Source of the DNA: Ophelia neglecta
Lineage: Eukaryota
Reading direction: 5' to 3'
Assembly: GCA_965285935.1 (NCBI GenBank)
Contig: OZ260661.1
Location: 123,194,001-123,258,000 of the forward strand
DNA: 64,000 bases
Position numbers and translations under genes: made by a program. Positions 20,201-34,600 of the stretch are shown piece by piece. The notes under the pieces were generated by a model, which had not been told where the DNA came from, made no database searches, and saw only the letters and a program-made list of their open reading frames with translations. The number at the start of each line of letters is the position of its first letter. The first letter of the stretch is position 1.

Positions 20201-21949
20201 TTGTAAAATTGGCTACTAATGATAGTCCGGAAGTAATTTGAGAAAAACGTTAGGACATATGCACATGACTTATTATTCTGTCTGAGGGAACTTCAGCTTG
20301 CTGGATTGAATTGACTATTATCGTATTTTAATGCTAGAAACATTGATATTGGTATAGAAAGCTAAAGTTGTTAATTGAAGTAACACTGCTAGGAACAGAT
20401 ATTATAAGATGTAAAAAAAACTGTTTTTGATAAAGAAAAGAAATTCAATATGCTAGGGTGAACGTGTCAGTAATTATTCAATAGAATTGTGCCTACAAAA
20501 ACACGAGCAATAGAAACTAGGACATTATTTACAGTATGCATAAACATAAATTCAAATTCTAACTGCATGTTAACCGTGCACACGTTTAGAAACATGCAGA
20601 ATTACCCATAGAACATTTTTAAAACAAGATTTGAAATTAAGAAAATGCGTTCAGTGTGAGTACGTTTTTTGGGTAAGTGTTGTTCTCGTGAATGCCAAAC
20701 GTGATGTGCAGATAATGAACGGGATTGGATACCGGGCAGACAAAGTCTAGAACATTCCTTCCCCTTGGAACGATTTCACCAGGAATCATTAACTGATATG
20801 GTGGTTTAAGTTTCTACGAAACAGCAAAGCCCCAGGAGTTATAAACACATCCTTTTAACCATAGTCCGCCTAACCAAATATGTATATTCAAATTATATCA
20901 ATGGCATTTTTCAAGGTATAATATCAATTGACATGTACATAATACATCAAATTTGTGTAAACACGTTGATATATATAGTAAGGTATATCATTTTAGATTA
21001 AGCAATCAAACAGTTGAAACGGGTCTAGATTTTCCTTTTTCTGACTAATTCAAGACGAATACTTGGTCAAAAAGTGCACATTAAAATGTCATGCACTATG
21101 AGTGCATTGGTTTTTCATGACAGTCTCAATATTTTTGCCAGTCAATATCCTATGTAACCAAGTGATATGAGTGTGCTTCGTACATTACACAGATGAGTTT
21201 GATGGGTGCCATTTTTCCTTAATATCAGCAACAATACCACTTCAGTATTAACACAAGAATGTCTGCTGTCTACTTGTATGTTCACTTACATATGTAAACG
21301 ACACGGGAATTAGTTTTACATCGAATAAATAACTGTCAAAATATTGATGAATCCGTTTACTTTTACCATGATGTAACAGCGAATGTCATCGGCTAAATAA
21401 CGACATGGTGTATACATTATTTTATTGAATGCTTTAGCGTTTGGAGGGGGAAAAAGAAGAGTTTGGTAGACGAAGAGTTAAGTAGTTAAGTTAAGGCTTG
21501 AATTATGCAGCAAGCTCCAATTATTTGTTGAAGGTTGTTGGGCTGGATATCGTATAAAGTAGATAACTGGCTGACAAAAACAGACGAGAATCAGAAAAAT
21601 AGTCAGGAATGGTCCATCTGTCAGCATTAAGTATCTCCTGTAGGCCCGTTAATATCACTTATCACTTCCATAATCTTTAGATAAGTGTATAGCGAAATAA
21701 AGTTCAATTATATGAATTGTTATGAGAAGAAGAAATCAGTTGTAGGCGAAGTCAGGCAAACCAGAGAATCAACGTGTTCGTGGAGGAAACAAAAGAAACA
21801 ACTAATCAGACCACAGAACCAACGAGTCGGTGGTTAAACCACAAGAGCAAAGAGTTTGCGGTAAACCTCAACGTAGAAGGCTATCAGCTAGAGGAGTCTA
21901 CCAGGGACACTATTTTTAAATGTGAGACACAGCGTGGAATTATCTTCCT

Positions 21950-22750
21950 AGACATAAGCCAGTATTTATTGAGTTATAGAGCCCAGATTCCCCTATCTGA
22001 TACAACTAAATTGAATCTTTGGGGCGGTGGCTTATTAATAAATGTTCCTAAATAAATGTCGTGTTTTGAATATAGTTGTCAGGTTTGGTATTATTGGCTT
22101 TTTTCTGGTACCAAGAAACATTTCCAATGTGCACAAAATAAGGCGAAAAATTAATTTTGAGTATTGGCCTTACATCCCCATAGACAACTAACTCTATGTT
22201 CACCAGATTGGAATGCCTAGACGTGGAAAGAAGATTCGAATACTTGACCCTTGTTCGTATGCACAAATGTTTAAACGACATGACGCCCCACTTAGTAAAA
22301 GGGTTGGTAAGAGTTAATGACTCACTCGTATACAAAACTAGTGGCACTTGGAACGATGGGCTGGTCCATTCTATTAAAACAACGTCAGGAAATAAATGTG
22401 TCCTCTGTCAATCTATCCGTCAGTGTATTACCCTTCCTGATAGTTTGAAAGACCAATTTGACTACCGGCCGTTAGTATTGATGATCTTTTTGCATTTTAC
22501 TGGAGTAGTGTTACACTTGTTCCGTCGTATATTTTGTATTTAATCCTATTTGTTATTCCTCTAGTGGGTGATTTTTATCTTAACCTACCGTGGACATTCA
22601 TGGAAATAAGCTTTAATTTACTGAGAACGTGATGATATTATCCACGTCTTTGTGTACAATTAATCTTTACCTGCCTATATATCGATCATTTTTGTATAAC
22701 TGTATGTAATAAATAAAAATCAATCCCATCATTCATGCGATCAATCAATC
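21950..22750 (+). mobile_element. Degenerate L2/CR1-group LINE 3' fragment
   Basis: LECLDVERRFEYLTLVRMHKCLNDMTPHL resembles the post-RT region of L2/CR1 ORF2; ends in AATAAA plus a (CAAT)n-like tail at 22708-22750. Confidence 0.55.
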
Positions 22751-24849
22751 GTTTGCGTCTTTATATTTTTGATGAATAAGGCCTCTCTGACTGAATAACA
22801 AAAATAGTTGGCCAGTATCGTATTGACATTGACTCAGCCTGTACGTCATCCACAGTTATCTGTTCTTAGGCAAGCCGACAATAAGTCAAGTCTCCCTATC
22901 ATAGAGTACACTCATATACACAGATGGTCCAGCTGGTGTCCAAACCCACTAGGAAGATCATATGTTGTAGAATATATTGCAGTATATACTACTCATGTGG
23001 ACATTGAATGGTGCGCACATTGAATTATGATTTTTAATGATTGAAAGGTTTTACTGCCACAATCACACGAGATTTGGTAATCGCAGAATCGTATAATATA
23101 TAAACAAAGGTATATGCTGGTAGTGCTAGCCGAGGGAAATCGGCGCGGAACAGAGCTGATATTGCCCCCTATGAAACCACAATGCAATTACATAATACAT
23201 ACAGATACTATCTACATAGATTTAACATACTTACATTAGTAGCATTCAAATACCCAGCCACAGCCGCTGTGACGTACGGTCTAAAGAAGATAATGAAAAG
23301 AAGGAAGTTATGATCAAGGGTCTTAAACACCGACAAACATAGAACACTTTGAACTACTTAGACAGTTGTGCACTATATCCTACTGAGGAAACAAAAGGTT
23401 GAAGTAGTACGGATACAGACCAGTTAATGTAAATAATATGCTGTAGAACATGTCATTCATTTTCCTATTTGCAGCCAATATAATGTTTCCGGTTCTATCA
23501 AATTTGAACTATTAGAATAGCATGAGATTGATATTATGAGAGAGGAAAAAGAAATAATGCCTTATAATCTAGTGAACCTCTTAGAGGAAGCTGATGATTA
23601 AGGAACCATTAGATACCCAATCGCACTATCATCACCTGCATATGACGAAGGTAGCCTCGGCACTAATTTACACATTGTTTGTTTCCCGAATGTTCCCGAG
23701 CTCAAGGCTATTTATGGACAAGTTTGGACTTCTGACCCAAGTCTGGCCATTGAATGACCGCTAGGTGGTATTACATTTGACAAATGTCAAATTCCTGGCG
23801 AACTATATTACGACCTTTCATGAACACCCAAGTGGTAAAAATATGAAGTGCATGTGGTTGTGTTTACATAGGGCAGTGTTGAAGAACTGCGTATACCGTC
23901 CGAGGTAATAGGTCATCATAGTGTACATTTTTAACCAATACGTACACAGATATTTGCCTTCTAAATGGTATACGACTTGATATTAACGAATATTTTGAAT
24001 ATGAGTTAAAAACTAAAATGCTATAGTCGAGGCTTATGTTTTTATGGGCCTTCTAGCCTAATATTACTCCTAGAAGAATGGTAGCAGTAGTGGTTTGAAG
24101 GTACAGTTCAAAACAACGGTCAACAAATTTGAAATTTAGCAATCGTAAACCATTCAGAATATCCAATGCAGATACAGCTTACCACGTCGACAACATTAAC
24201 AATCACGGTCTGTGACATATCTGACCTGATCTCTACGTATTTGCATACGTATATATGCATAACAGCAATCTACTAGCTTTCTTACAACGCTTAATGTGGT
24301 TTATTTGTTCGTCTGTCGTCCTTCAGGAGTAGTCAGAAATACAGACATCCCGAAGCAATGCATTTAGCTCTAACTAGTAGAAGTTACAAAACATTCACCT
24401 GGCAGCCATTTTTTATTATCAAGTTACTTTATATATTTAAGGTAAGGCAACATTACAAAGGATTGTTTACTTTTGCATCGCCTTGATCTGGACTCAAGTA
24501 ATGGTGCTCTGTATTTTGACTCTTAGTCGGTGATGTCTGCCAAGGCAAACCTAAAAACCTTGGCAGAAACCTGACTAGGTTAGCCTGATCACACCGCAGA
24601 GCAATCGATATAGGCAAATCAATGTTTGGCCTAAGGCAATCTTATATGGCCCCATTACTTACGACCTGGTTGCTGTTTCTAATTATCTTTACTGCAAGGG
24701 TGAGCGGATCAGTGTGTATGCTGTGTCTGGTGACCAGTTGCCATATAAATACTTGCTTCAGGGTTTGACAAAACTTGGTGTTGTGTAAAACTAAGTAATA
24801 TTTCTGCCGAATATCTTACCCTTTAGCTTAACAAACGACATAATTATTG

Positions 24850-25510
24850 CGTTCATAATAAACCGGAGTATAATGGCAACGATCTTCCAATATAATATAA
24901 TAGAGGATCTGTTTGAGGGTCACGGAGATTCCATGCCACGGGAATACAGAGCTTGGAAATTTTGCATTTCAGAAATAAATTTGTTTGTTGTGGAGGACGA
25001 ATTTCATTTTCTCTTCGCAGGTCCTCTGTATAAGGAGGAAAAGGAAGGATATTGACGGGAACCTGTGACTTCCACTATTTGACTTTGACTCTTTTTTTTC
25101 ACGATTCTACAGTCTGATAATGAAAACACTATTATATCATTAGCTGCCTATGGATATAATTAATTGACAGAGGGAATATAACATGTTACTTTGAATCACG
25201 GGGCACCAGTCCGCAGCGTTCTGCCTATATATACCTTATACCTTTCTGTGCATGGGTGGCGTCGGGCGGACGCCTCGCGTGCCTCTGCAGTATATGTTAG
25301 GTCTTTTATAATATTCTCCTCTATTCGCTATCGTGTTGTTATCAGTTGTATATTTAGACAAATGATTAATTTGAATTATTATCAATTATGTTTATGCAAA
25401 CTTAATACTATCATTGTTTTCTGTGCTGTATATCTTGCATCAACGCGTATGTTTCAATATGCTGTCTGTATAATGGGCCTGAGGCCCCTGTACCGTCTAG
25501 AAAACAACAT
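24850..25510 (+). mobile_element. Degenerate LINE 3' fragment (C-terminal zinc-knuckle region)
   Basis: KFCISEINLFVVEDEFHFLFAGPLY matches the C..C....EDEFHF...CP.Y motif at LINE ORF2 C-termini. Confidence 0.5.
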
Positions 25511-25930
25511 CATAATAGACGGGCCTTCTTGACAGTCATATGCCAAGGCATTACGTTTTACCCAAATAAAAGGAGCAAAACATATTCTTAATACCCGGTT
25601 TTGGCATAATTATTATTTACTCCAGTATTGTAAATATGACATATAATGTTAATAATGGGTATCTCCGTGTCGGGGGCAGTGAGATAATTTGGTGAGTAAA
25701 ATCTGAGAGCTCACCCAACAAAGGAAGTCCAATGGCTAGGCTTGACACGGAAGCAATATTTTAAGGTAATTGCGTGTGAGGCAGCTCAATGACAAATTAC
25801 CCTAATTTCCTTATCGTGCCAGTCAGATTTAGGCAAGATCCAAGGCAGGTGGACTCAAAAACTCACCTATGGAGCTCCGTACAATATATCGATTACTTCC
25901 AGTTTCATCTTTTGTCAGGTGCATGCCTTA

Positions 25931-26168
25931 GGCATGTTGGAAAACCCGATACGAGATACGAGGGAAATACAAGATACACAGATACGAAAAAAAGATAGAT
26001 TTGCGTTGACAGGGTTAGATATAGGGTTAAGCTTAGTTTAACTCAATCATTCCTTTCCTAACCCTAGCGCTAACCCTAACCTCGTCTATATGGCTACATT
26101 TTAAACACCTCGCATCTCGTGTCTGCGTCTTGTATCTGGCATTTCGTATCCGTTTTTTCAGTATGCCC
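25931..26168. mobile_element. MITE / fold-back element with imperfect terminal inverted repeats
   Basis: Left GGCATGTTGGAAAACCCGATACGA versus right reverse complement GGCATACTGAAAAAACGGATACGA; subterminal GATACRA repeats; internal AGGGTTAG / CTAACCCT motifs in inverted orientation. Confidence 0.65.
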
Positions 26169-29055
26169 ATGCCGTAGTCTTTATTGTGTTTTTGGTGCTT
26201 GAATTGTCCAACGTACTGCCATGAAAAACAACGTGCTCCACTATCTTTAGACACCATTCTAACTGGCCACATCTTCAGTTTACCACTATCTTCACTGATT
26301 ACTCTAAAATCTAATACTAGTCCTTTTTATGATTGAGTTTCGTAATTGACAGACAGTCAGGTGGCAAAATAGCTAGAGGTAACGTTGACTGCATTCGGCT
26401 TGAGGAATGATGGATAGAATATCTGGTATCATCTTTGGGCAAAAATCGTTTGGGGACTGTGGTGTACACTGCGGTAAAGTCACTGACTATTCTGGATTAC
26501 ACCGAACTAGGGACAACTCCCATGAAGCTTATAACTGTGTTTGGTGGTGATAATTAGCCCAGTTTTATACCACACTTACTGTGTTTCCTCGTGATTGAAA
26601 GGGAAAATAAACGTCTCCAATTAGGTTTTCAATTACAGGAGGCTAATGCATTCTTGGAGAATCTATCTTCTCTGATAATTGGGTACATACAAAATCCAAC
26701 AAGCCGGGTGCATCCCCCAGCATATTGGCTTGCTTATTCACAGTTCACACTTGTTAGACGAAATAATTTTTTTACACGACTGAAATACAATTGGTAAAAT
26801 GTGACATTAGGTACCCAACAAATTTTAACCTGAAGCTAGTTAATTTCAGACGTCTAGCACTTATAACACTTTAACACTTTTTTTTAAGTATAGACAATAA
26901 TCGATTTTGAAAAAAAACCTTTTCCTTTACCTATAAAATAAACTATTAAAAACTATTTTAGTCAACTGATATTGTATTTGGCGTAGAAGACAACATTGTA
27001 GGGTTTTCTGGTAGCCCGAACTAAAAAAAACAACTCATTTTGATAAAGCTTAAAACCTTATGCCAACGAATGGGCCAGTGACGTCAGTCTTGTAATATTT
27101 AATATTTTTTGTTCCCTGTCCTAGAAGTGTCAGTATATTAATCACCCGATATTAAGATCCTGATTTATGACTTCCCATCGGCTCGATGTGGTGATTTATT
27201 ACGTGCCTGGACTTTTATATACGTAGAATGTGAGCTCTGTGAACTTTTCATCTCGTGGCGGTCCTCTTCTATAATCATCAGCATGATTGTAAACTAGCGC
27301 TCGTCAAACCTCTCAGCAGGACATCAAACCAGAAGAATGCTGTTATTTTTTCCAAAGATAATAGGTTTTTTGACGGTTGGATTTGAAGCTGGTAGCCCTG
27401 GCGACATTTCCCTGGTATCTGATTATATTTCATTTTGTGTTTGTCTTTAATATTGTGTTCACACAGGCATATGCATGGCTTTTCTTGGCGGAAATGGAGG
27501 AACACAACTGAGAAATATTAATCATACATATACATATACATATAAATATCTATATGAATAGAACTAAACCATGCGTAGGTATGACAACCCATACATTACG
27601 GAGGAAATGATGAACATTGCAAGAATAATATTCCGTCTACTTATTTCAAACTATCGTGCATGAATTTTGGCAAAAGCTGATATTTTTTAGCTGACTCTTT
27701 GCCCTTATATACCCCCTCCCTCCAAGTGACACTCGTGAGGTAAAGCTGGCTTTTAGGACGAGGGGCGGCATAAGCAATGACTGGGCCGAGAGATCGGTAA
27801 TCTCTAGTAGGCTGACACCAACCAATAAATGTAGTTGGAGTACACAACCGCCCGCGTCGCCAACATCGTTGCACACGTATGTATTACCCCACCATAGCAA
27901 TTTAAAAGCATACGGACATAACAGAGTAACGTCTTTTGGAGTATGCTTGATAGAATTAGGTGCCTTTCCTTTCTAAATATAATAGCAGTAGTTCCCTTTT
28001 CTAGCGGCTGCCCTGGAGGCATTTCTTTATGTTGTTGGTTTAATGTAAAATTGATTCTGACAATCTGCGTCCGGTAATAGACGTCTAGGGTTGTTATAGG
28101 AATGACAGTTCAAGCCGAATTTCTCACGCCAGACATTACTCGTTTGGTGTTGCCTGAAGAAAATACATGATTAATGCTTTAATATATTTATATATTTATA
28201 AGACGAATGGCCAATGGAGCATGATCATTATTAGAGATGATGAACATCTGGGCTCCGTTTTTGTAAAACCATTTATACTGGTATGCTGGCGGTATCATGG
28301 ATTCATTAGCTTGATTGAGATGGATTCGAAGGAGCCAAACTATTTTGCCGAAATGAACGAAATACGTGCAATGTCTATCGCACAAAGAAACTGAATTATC
28401 TGGTGGATACCCTGCGCCTTTTAATGGCCACAGTGCCTCAGGTGATCCTAGTTATGAGGTGCTGGGAACTGTCCGAGTACCAAAGCCCCACTGGGTAGCA
28501 GCCTGCTCGTGAAATGGATAGAACAACATAGCTTATCCTTGAAATGTATCGATTATTTTCCAGGTTGTCTTATCGAATAAGAACTGCCTAAACCGCGGAT
28601 TGGTGACGAGCAATATGTTTTGTTCAATAACGTTCAGGAAGATTTCGGTATAGCACGCCATTGCAGACACAAACCATTGCGGAACATGCAAATTCCTGCA
28701 TCGTGGTGAGCAACCTAGATAAACAAAACGCGATGTTTTATTTTATCCATTATTGAAACTGTGACCCTCAAATCTCTTTATCATGTATTTCCCTAAAGTA
28801 AAAATGTAGGCTATACCACAACGTTAGGAAGCATTCTAATTTAATAAATCAATATGTGTGCGATCCAACCTATACACCCCAAAAACGTTTTATGGGCAAG
28901 ATCTACGTACACTGCAGAGAATAAATAAGATTTAACCGGTATAACTTTCCTATCTGTTACACTCGTTTTATGGAAAACTCTTGACTACTTCTCATTAGAA
29001 GTGACATCTCTTTTTTTTGTTTTCTCTAACAACAATGGTATTTAATATAGGTTAT

Positions 29056-29330
29056 CTAGGAACTGTAATAAGTTGGCCTGCGCCTGACCTTGCCGATGAA
29101 TCCATGAAGCTCCTTTTCGATCAAGTTTGGGGAACATCTCTCCCATTTATGTAACTTACCCATTTTAGCAGACTTCTTTACATTTGCATTGTTACCATAA
29201 ATCTCTGCTACCATTAACTGTTTCCATTTAAGCATGCCGCCTCCGCAATGTCTATCTAAATGTGTGTCGTGTATGTCCAAGCTGCATCTTGTGCAGATAC
29301 ATGGCGTCTGTCGCCAGGAGAATTACCAAT
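29056..29330 (-). mobile_element. Possible RTE-type LINE 3' remnant
   Basis: Across frames: AAWT...MLKWKQLMVAEIYG...LLKWVSYI...ELHGFIGKVRRRP, following the order of RTE ORF2 C-terminal motifs. Highly decayed. Confidence 0.3.
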
Positions 29331-30879
29331 GTGATTTCAAGAACTAGAAATATATCTTGCACTCGGTTACATTTACTTAATTGATTTACAATGGGCGGTC
29401 CAGGAAGGCGAGTATCATGCTGTCCATGATCAAGTCGGTCAAATTGGTAAAACCTAGAATGATTTTTCAAGCACTATGTGTTACCGTTACTTCGCATATT
29501 GACATTTCCTCGAGGAACTCGAATATATTTTGCATCGTGTTTTGCCTATTGCCTTACCGAAAAGAAGTTATATTTTTATGAGGATATTTGTGTAACATGA
29601 ATTCATTCTCAGTCACTTTTAATATGTTCGGAGGGAATTCAAGTATTAGGGAACAGTACATGGTAAACTGGCAGCCTACTTTCTCATTCATCACAGCATC
29701 TTTCTTTCTGTCGTGGCGTCTTCTGAGATCACCTAGGTTTTCACCGTTGTTTACGAATGAAGGGTAGATGACTAATCAAAAAACAGAGCGCATAAATTTA
29801 GTAATGTGCCTTAAAGCCTAGGTATTTACATTGTATCGTGCAATGGTACGAGTGTTTAGATTAAAACAATTCTCAGATTTTTATAAAACTAAGTCTCAAT
29901 TTCAAACCTTCCTTTGAGATGCACGAAAAAACTTCTAGCTTACCAGCGTATATTCATACTGTCTCAAACTAAAACCATCCATTAAGAAGAGTCTAGACTG
30001 ATATCTTAGGGGTCAAGTTTATCAGGCGATAAGTCCATAATGTGGAACTCAAAATAACACCCAGCTACATCATGTAGTGAATAGGCCAACGGCTAAAGAT
30101 ATAAATATATAATACGGGAGCAAGACAAAAAAATCACCATAAGGGACAGACGGCATATATGCGTAGGGAAGAAAGTGGTGGTGGTATGGCCAGTAACCAT
30201 TTCGTTAACGGTCAACTTATCAAAGGCTGGTTCATATGCAACACGATGGCATCCGTTATGTTTCTAGTATATCCCCACAACATTTCACTGAGAATAGTGA
30301 AGTTTACATTCTATAAATAGCTAATGAGTAATTGAAGTGCACAAGAATCTCATGCATTAAAAGTAATATGTTACGTAAAATCTGGCGCAAGTTTTCCCGA
30401 ATAAAACGGGCCTAGTTTCCCCAATGAAAGCAATGGAATGATGTGGATATTCACCAATCATAGAATGATCCCTGTTTGATGAACGAAGGACTAAATGCAA
30501 TCTGTCTTGATACAGGCCACCCCCTGCTAACCTTTGAGCCAAGTACATCCGCTGGCTTGAGTGCATTGTAATGTTTCCCTTGACAACAATCCATTATCCA
30601 CTGTACTTTGAAGTCAAAAGTAAATAATGCATAGGCTCATTGCAAATTACGATTCATATTGGTAAAAGTCAGGTGGGTTTTGGACTTATTTACCATACGT
30701 ACTAAACGCAGACTTTCATTTTGTTTGTAAAACATTATTTGGATTTATATGTTATTAGTATCCTTGTTAGTGTTTTTTAAGTCGGAACAATACAAACACA
30801 TTTAAGCACTGTATGAACTAAATAATCTAAGTCCTTCTAGCAAAATTAGGCTTTCATTAAAATTCACTCAAACAGATTC

Positions 30880-31600
30880 AATTCGCGTTTGCTTTCTTCA
30901 AAATAAGTTAGTTATGGAAGGCCATGCTTCATTTAATGCGAGGAAGTTGGCATCAACATAAATATCTTAATTAATTGTTTATATTAGTTGAACATTCCAA
31001 GTCAAAACCAAACTGTTCGACGGGAGCATAATTTTGCCTAAATATTTCCTTTACCAGGGAAAAATTTAGCACTCCTTTGCAACAGTTATGAGAGTTATTA
31101 AATCAAGAAATTTAAATGGTGTCTACTCCAGTTATATCCCACATGCCAACCCATGATATTGAGCTATTTGGCAAATTGAAATATGGCTGAATTGAAAATG
31201 ATATACTAGGTTGACCCAACAACAACACATTGGTAGCTTAGAATTGGAGGTCAATATTTTTATGGACATTGAATGATTAACGATATCCATATATAAAATA
31301 TAAGCAGGTTTATCCAAAGAAGTACATCATCTTTTTCATCATGATGTGGGCATCTTATGGCAAAATATATTTCTTTTTAACGACAATAATAATGATAATA
31401 ATTCAAAATTGTTTGAATTACAAATTCACACAGACTTGTTTCACACACTGAACTTACATTGTTAAAAATAAATAGAATGATCAATAACAGTTTAATATGT
31501 TTATCTTTAGACCAGTACTCAACTGTCAGTACTCTGGACATGCTCCTTATAACACATTTGAAGATATTTGGGGCACATTGTGTTAATTCGTTCAAAAATG
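30880..31600 (+). mobile_element. Possible decayed LINE ORF2 fragment
   Basis: KAML...KTKLFDGSIILPKYFLYQG resembles the KLFD..I.PIL.YG motif downstream of LINE RT domains. Confidence 0.3.
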
Positions 31601-34600
31601 TTTACCTGATTGAGTGAATTTATTATTTTATTTATTTATTTTGCTATATTGCTTAGTCACACAGAAGGCATCTATCATACAAAATAAAACCCTGGGTTAG
31701 GGAAGAGGCATACAAGCCACTTAATATTTCCCAATTTCTTTCGCTGGGCTAAGGTAGTTATGCCCTTCGTCATCATTTGCTTGGGTTTTCGATTTAAACA
31801 TATTTTGCTTCTATGATGGAGCACGTAACGGCCAAAGCTGAGTATATGCATTGCTTTTACAACAAATAACGTAAAAACCCGAATAATGCGACAGTGAACG
31901 TGACAGTCCGACACAATCTTTGCACCCTAATTTGTGTTCTCGGATGTCACTGTCAAATGCTCCTAGCAAAATTAATAATCACATATTTTCTTGTCGTCCG
32001 CGATGAGGAGTAATCAACAGTATCTAATGATGAGAGTCAGCCAATAAACACAATAAACGGGTTAGCGGTCAAGGCATGTAAGCGATGAAACATGCCCTAT
32101 GAGAGTCTACGATGGACCAAGCTTTCCTATGTTTGTGTTCCTCTAGATTATTTCTCGCCAAACACAAAACCGAATTCCCTCCATATGGTTTTTTATTTTC
32201 TCGTTATGATCTTGTTAGCTAAATAAAATGAACCTGTCATGCTTAAGTATGACAGAACAAGTGTACCACCTACACTGGCTCATTTGCTCCTGTGCTCATG
32301 TGAAGCTGTAAAGTACTTCCTATTGCAAGTGATATATATTCAAATTTTCATTTAATTTTTTCCATTATATGTTAATTCACAGTTTTCCCTGATATGAAAT
32401 TTGGTAATTGATATATACGAGCATTGAGCGTGCAGTTCTTGGTAATATTTTACCGATTTGATTGACTATATTTGAATAATGATTTTGTTTTTTCGGCCGT
32501 TTTGTTAAACCTAAAAACAATTAGTTCATGATTTCAAAAGATAAGTAATGTTTGATTTAGCATAGCTCAGCAATTTCTGTAAAATATAAGGCAATGGTAA
32601 TAACAAAGAGTACCTGCAAAGAAACTATAGTAATTGGAATGTACAAATCTATACAGGAATTAGGAAATATATGAAATGATACCAATGACCATACACAGAT
32701 CGATATGTAAGATGCAATCTACTGTTTGGGTCAACCGGTTAGTGTAAGGTACAATTATTTGTAACATTATCAAGATATTTGTTTTTCTCATCAAGATAAT
32801 TAGGAAAATCAGAAGCCCGAGTACTCGTTGAGCGCTAAATGACACCACCAGCAAATATCCACGCTCAGGAACATGTTTGTTGAGTCGGAGCAGATCCATT
32901 GACTAATGGACGGGCATGGTTTATCGAGAGCTCATTACCGAGTTTGACAGCCGTTGTCAATATTATTATATGAAAATTAAACTTAAGTCTATCACAACGA
33001 CGCGATAGATTCTGGTTATTATTCCCGGTCAAAATAGCAAACCTACCCCATGTATGCTGCTGTTTGGAAATAAAGTAAAAACTGTTCCAAATTCAGTTGT
33101 CACTCACTTAGTATGTTACTGTAACTGGACTGAAAAAAGCGACAAAAACGTGGCCCGGCAGTCTCACGACTAGCTTGTCAAACCGTGCAATAAAGTATAT
33201 GACCTTGTCGACATTATTTAAATATAATCAAAAACAGCGGCCGGGTCAACTAAGCCATTAATAAATTGAATTGGACCAACTATTGATTTCTTTATCGATT
33301 ACTTTCGATTGTATTAGGGCAAGCATTAACTATTCTCTTCCAGGATGTTCTACCGTTCAAGGCAGAGCGTTATAGTAGGCACAGTGCTCTGAAAACGGTA
33401 CCGATAAATATGTACAATAAATAGCTTGTTCCAAACGTTTCCTTGTGTATACTTTATAGCATATACTGGTTCATTTCATTAAAATATTACGGAACATCTC
33501 TTTCCGAAATTTGTCAGGGAACATTTAAACAAATCATTATAGTGCTACACAAACTAAAACATTTAATAATTGTGCAAGGTAGTTTGAAACAACGTTTGGT
33601 TTGACGCCAACGTCCGCATTTACCTTACAGTCTTTGCGTTGATGGACTGCCGGGTGCTGAATGGGTCAAGTATGTAATAAGTAGAAGAATATATTGCATC
33701 TTTGTTGTCAAGTAAAACAATTGAACCTTTGAGTGTTAGCTATCTAACTATTTCCCAATCGTATCTCCCAGAAATATTTCTGTGCATTGTTCTTGTACAG
33801 AGACTACTAGATGATTTCAAAAGAGCTGCGTATTTTTATGTATATTTACGTAGGAATAAATGTGAGTTTTCAAAATTAACGGTAATTGTATGTTAGGTGC
33901 ATGTTCCGCGAGCCCCTTTTATAGCAAGTCAAGGTTAGCTTAAATATATGAAATACGGTTTTAAGAGCTGAGCGGTTTAAGTCAGATAAGACCTGTTTGT
34001 ATTCCAACTGTATCTATACTTTCAGTCCACTCTTTATGTACACTTTTAATATCAGGGCACATAGGAAACTAAGGCCGCTGGCTGTCAGCTATGGACTAAA
34101 GGACGTAATTTATGGTATTTTCGACGATTCAGATACGAAAACACCTTGACTGTGTCTCGGTTTTACTCCCTCTGTATGATCAAAAATACCAAGAATTAAC
34201 CCGTATATAATGCGCTTGGAGATGTGGGTAGTAATACAAGACTACATTTGTGTGCTATGTTTACAAAAAGTATTTAGGATTGGCATAACAAAATGAATCC
34301 CTTCCTCTTATGTCCGTTTGTCATCATATCTCTCCCTTAACATCATGTAATTGTCATTTACTCGCAAAGGTAGTTTAATCATGACCTTAGCCGATAGTGG
34401 ATACAAATAAACTGCAAACTGCCTTTGTATATACGTGATAACGATCAAACAAGATATATGGTTAGGCATCGTATATATGTACATAAATATTAAATACATA
34501 TTAGTCAGGGATGAGCAGCAGTTTGGAAGATGGCTATCGATTATAACATCATCTATACCATCTTTTGTGAAATAAGTTAATACGTGCAAATTGGAATTAT

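Noticed and set aside
28167-28500. Weak resemblance to a mariner transposase (KPFILVCWRYHGFI)
   Set aside because: No catalytic D,D34D context, YSPDL motif or TIRs found.
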